DNA of 63,274 nucleotides, filler included, from Reticulomyxa filosa (Eukaryota; Protista; Foraminifera), in NCBI GenBank assembly GCA_000512085.1. It is 26 parts of 26 records of this genome, joined end to end, with 100 filler letters (N's around TTAATTAATTAA, not from the genome) between each part and the next. Parts side by side here need not be neighbours in the genome. Positions count along the whole stretch, not along the records: positions 61,509 to 63,274 come from ASPP01022394.1; 25 more parts are not named here. One strand, 5' to 3'. The first letter of the stretch is position 1. The number at the start of each line of letters is the position of its first letter. The position numbers and the translations under genes were made by a program. Under the pieces are notes generated by a model. It saw only the letters and a program-made list of their open reading frames with translations, searched no databases and was not told where the DNA came from. This document shows positions 63,020-63,274 of this stretch, in pieces.

Positions 63020-63274
63020 ACTAGTTTTATTCAGTTTTTTTTTTTTTAATAAATCAAATAAATAATTATTATATCTTCACATTTTTAATTACAACAATAT
63101 GTATATATGTATGTATATGTTTATAGTGTATATATTTATATTTAGTGTAATATATAGGGTTGTAAACTGAAGAGCATAAAAATAATGGACTTCAAAATAT
63201 TCATATTTGGAAATTTGATTTATTTCGTTAAACACTTCCTGCGCTTCTCTATTTCCATTGCGTTTTTTTTTTTT

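Overview
This is not one contiguous locus. It is about 26 short contigs joined by artificial 100-bp linkers (N44-TTAATTAATTAA-N44). The DNA is AT-rich and eukaryotic, with short GT-AG introns and many probable homopolymer indel errors. The expanded families (WD40 with an 'IIQHWIRILNIKLGW' leader, atypical RING+TRAF-Zn proteins, CAP-Gly repeats, HEAT-like repeats) suggest a foraminiferan such as Reticulomyxa filosa; this is my inference. Recognisable genes or gene fragments: HPD, USB1, a CLEC16A/TT9-like C-terminus, a JmjC dioxygenase, FKBP-TPR, a divergent Rab-like GTPase, a DUF1336/EDR2-like protein, an FtsX-like permease, a TPR protein and a telobox Myb. Disrupted copies: GH27 alpha-galactosidase, calcineurin A, several WD40 genes and a LINE reverse transcriptase. 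Two foldback/MITE-like palindromes are also present. The most interesting candidate is at 45787-49418 (-): a two-pore-channel-like gene that appears fused in frame to an N-terminal Cache-type sensor domain through three extra TM helices. It has charge-poor S4 segments and non-canonical filters, so it may be a ligand-sensing channel. All family assignments come from motif recognition by eye, not from database searches, and exon boundaries are approximate.
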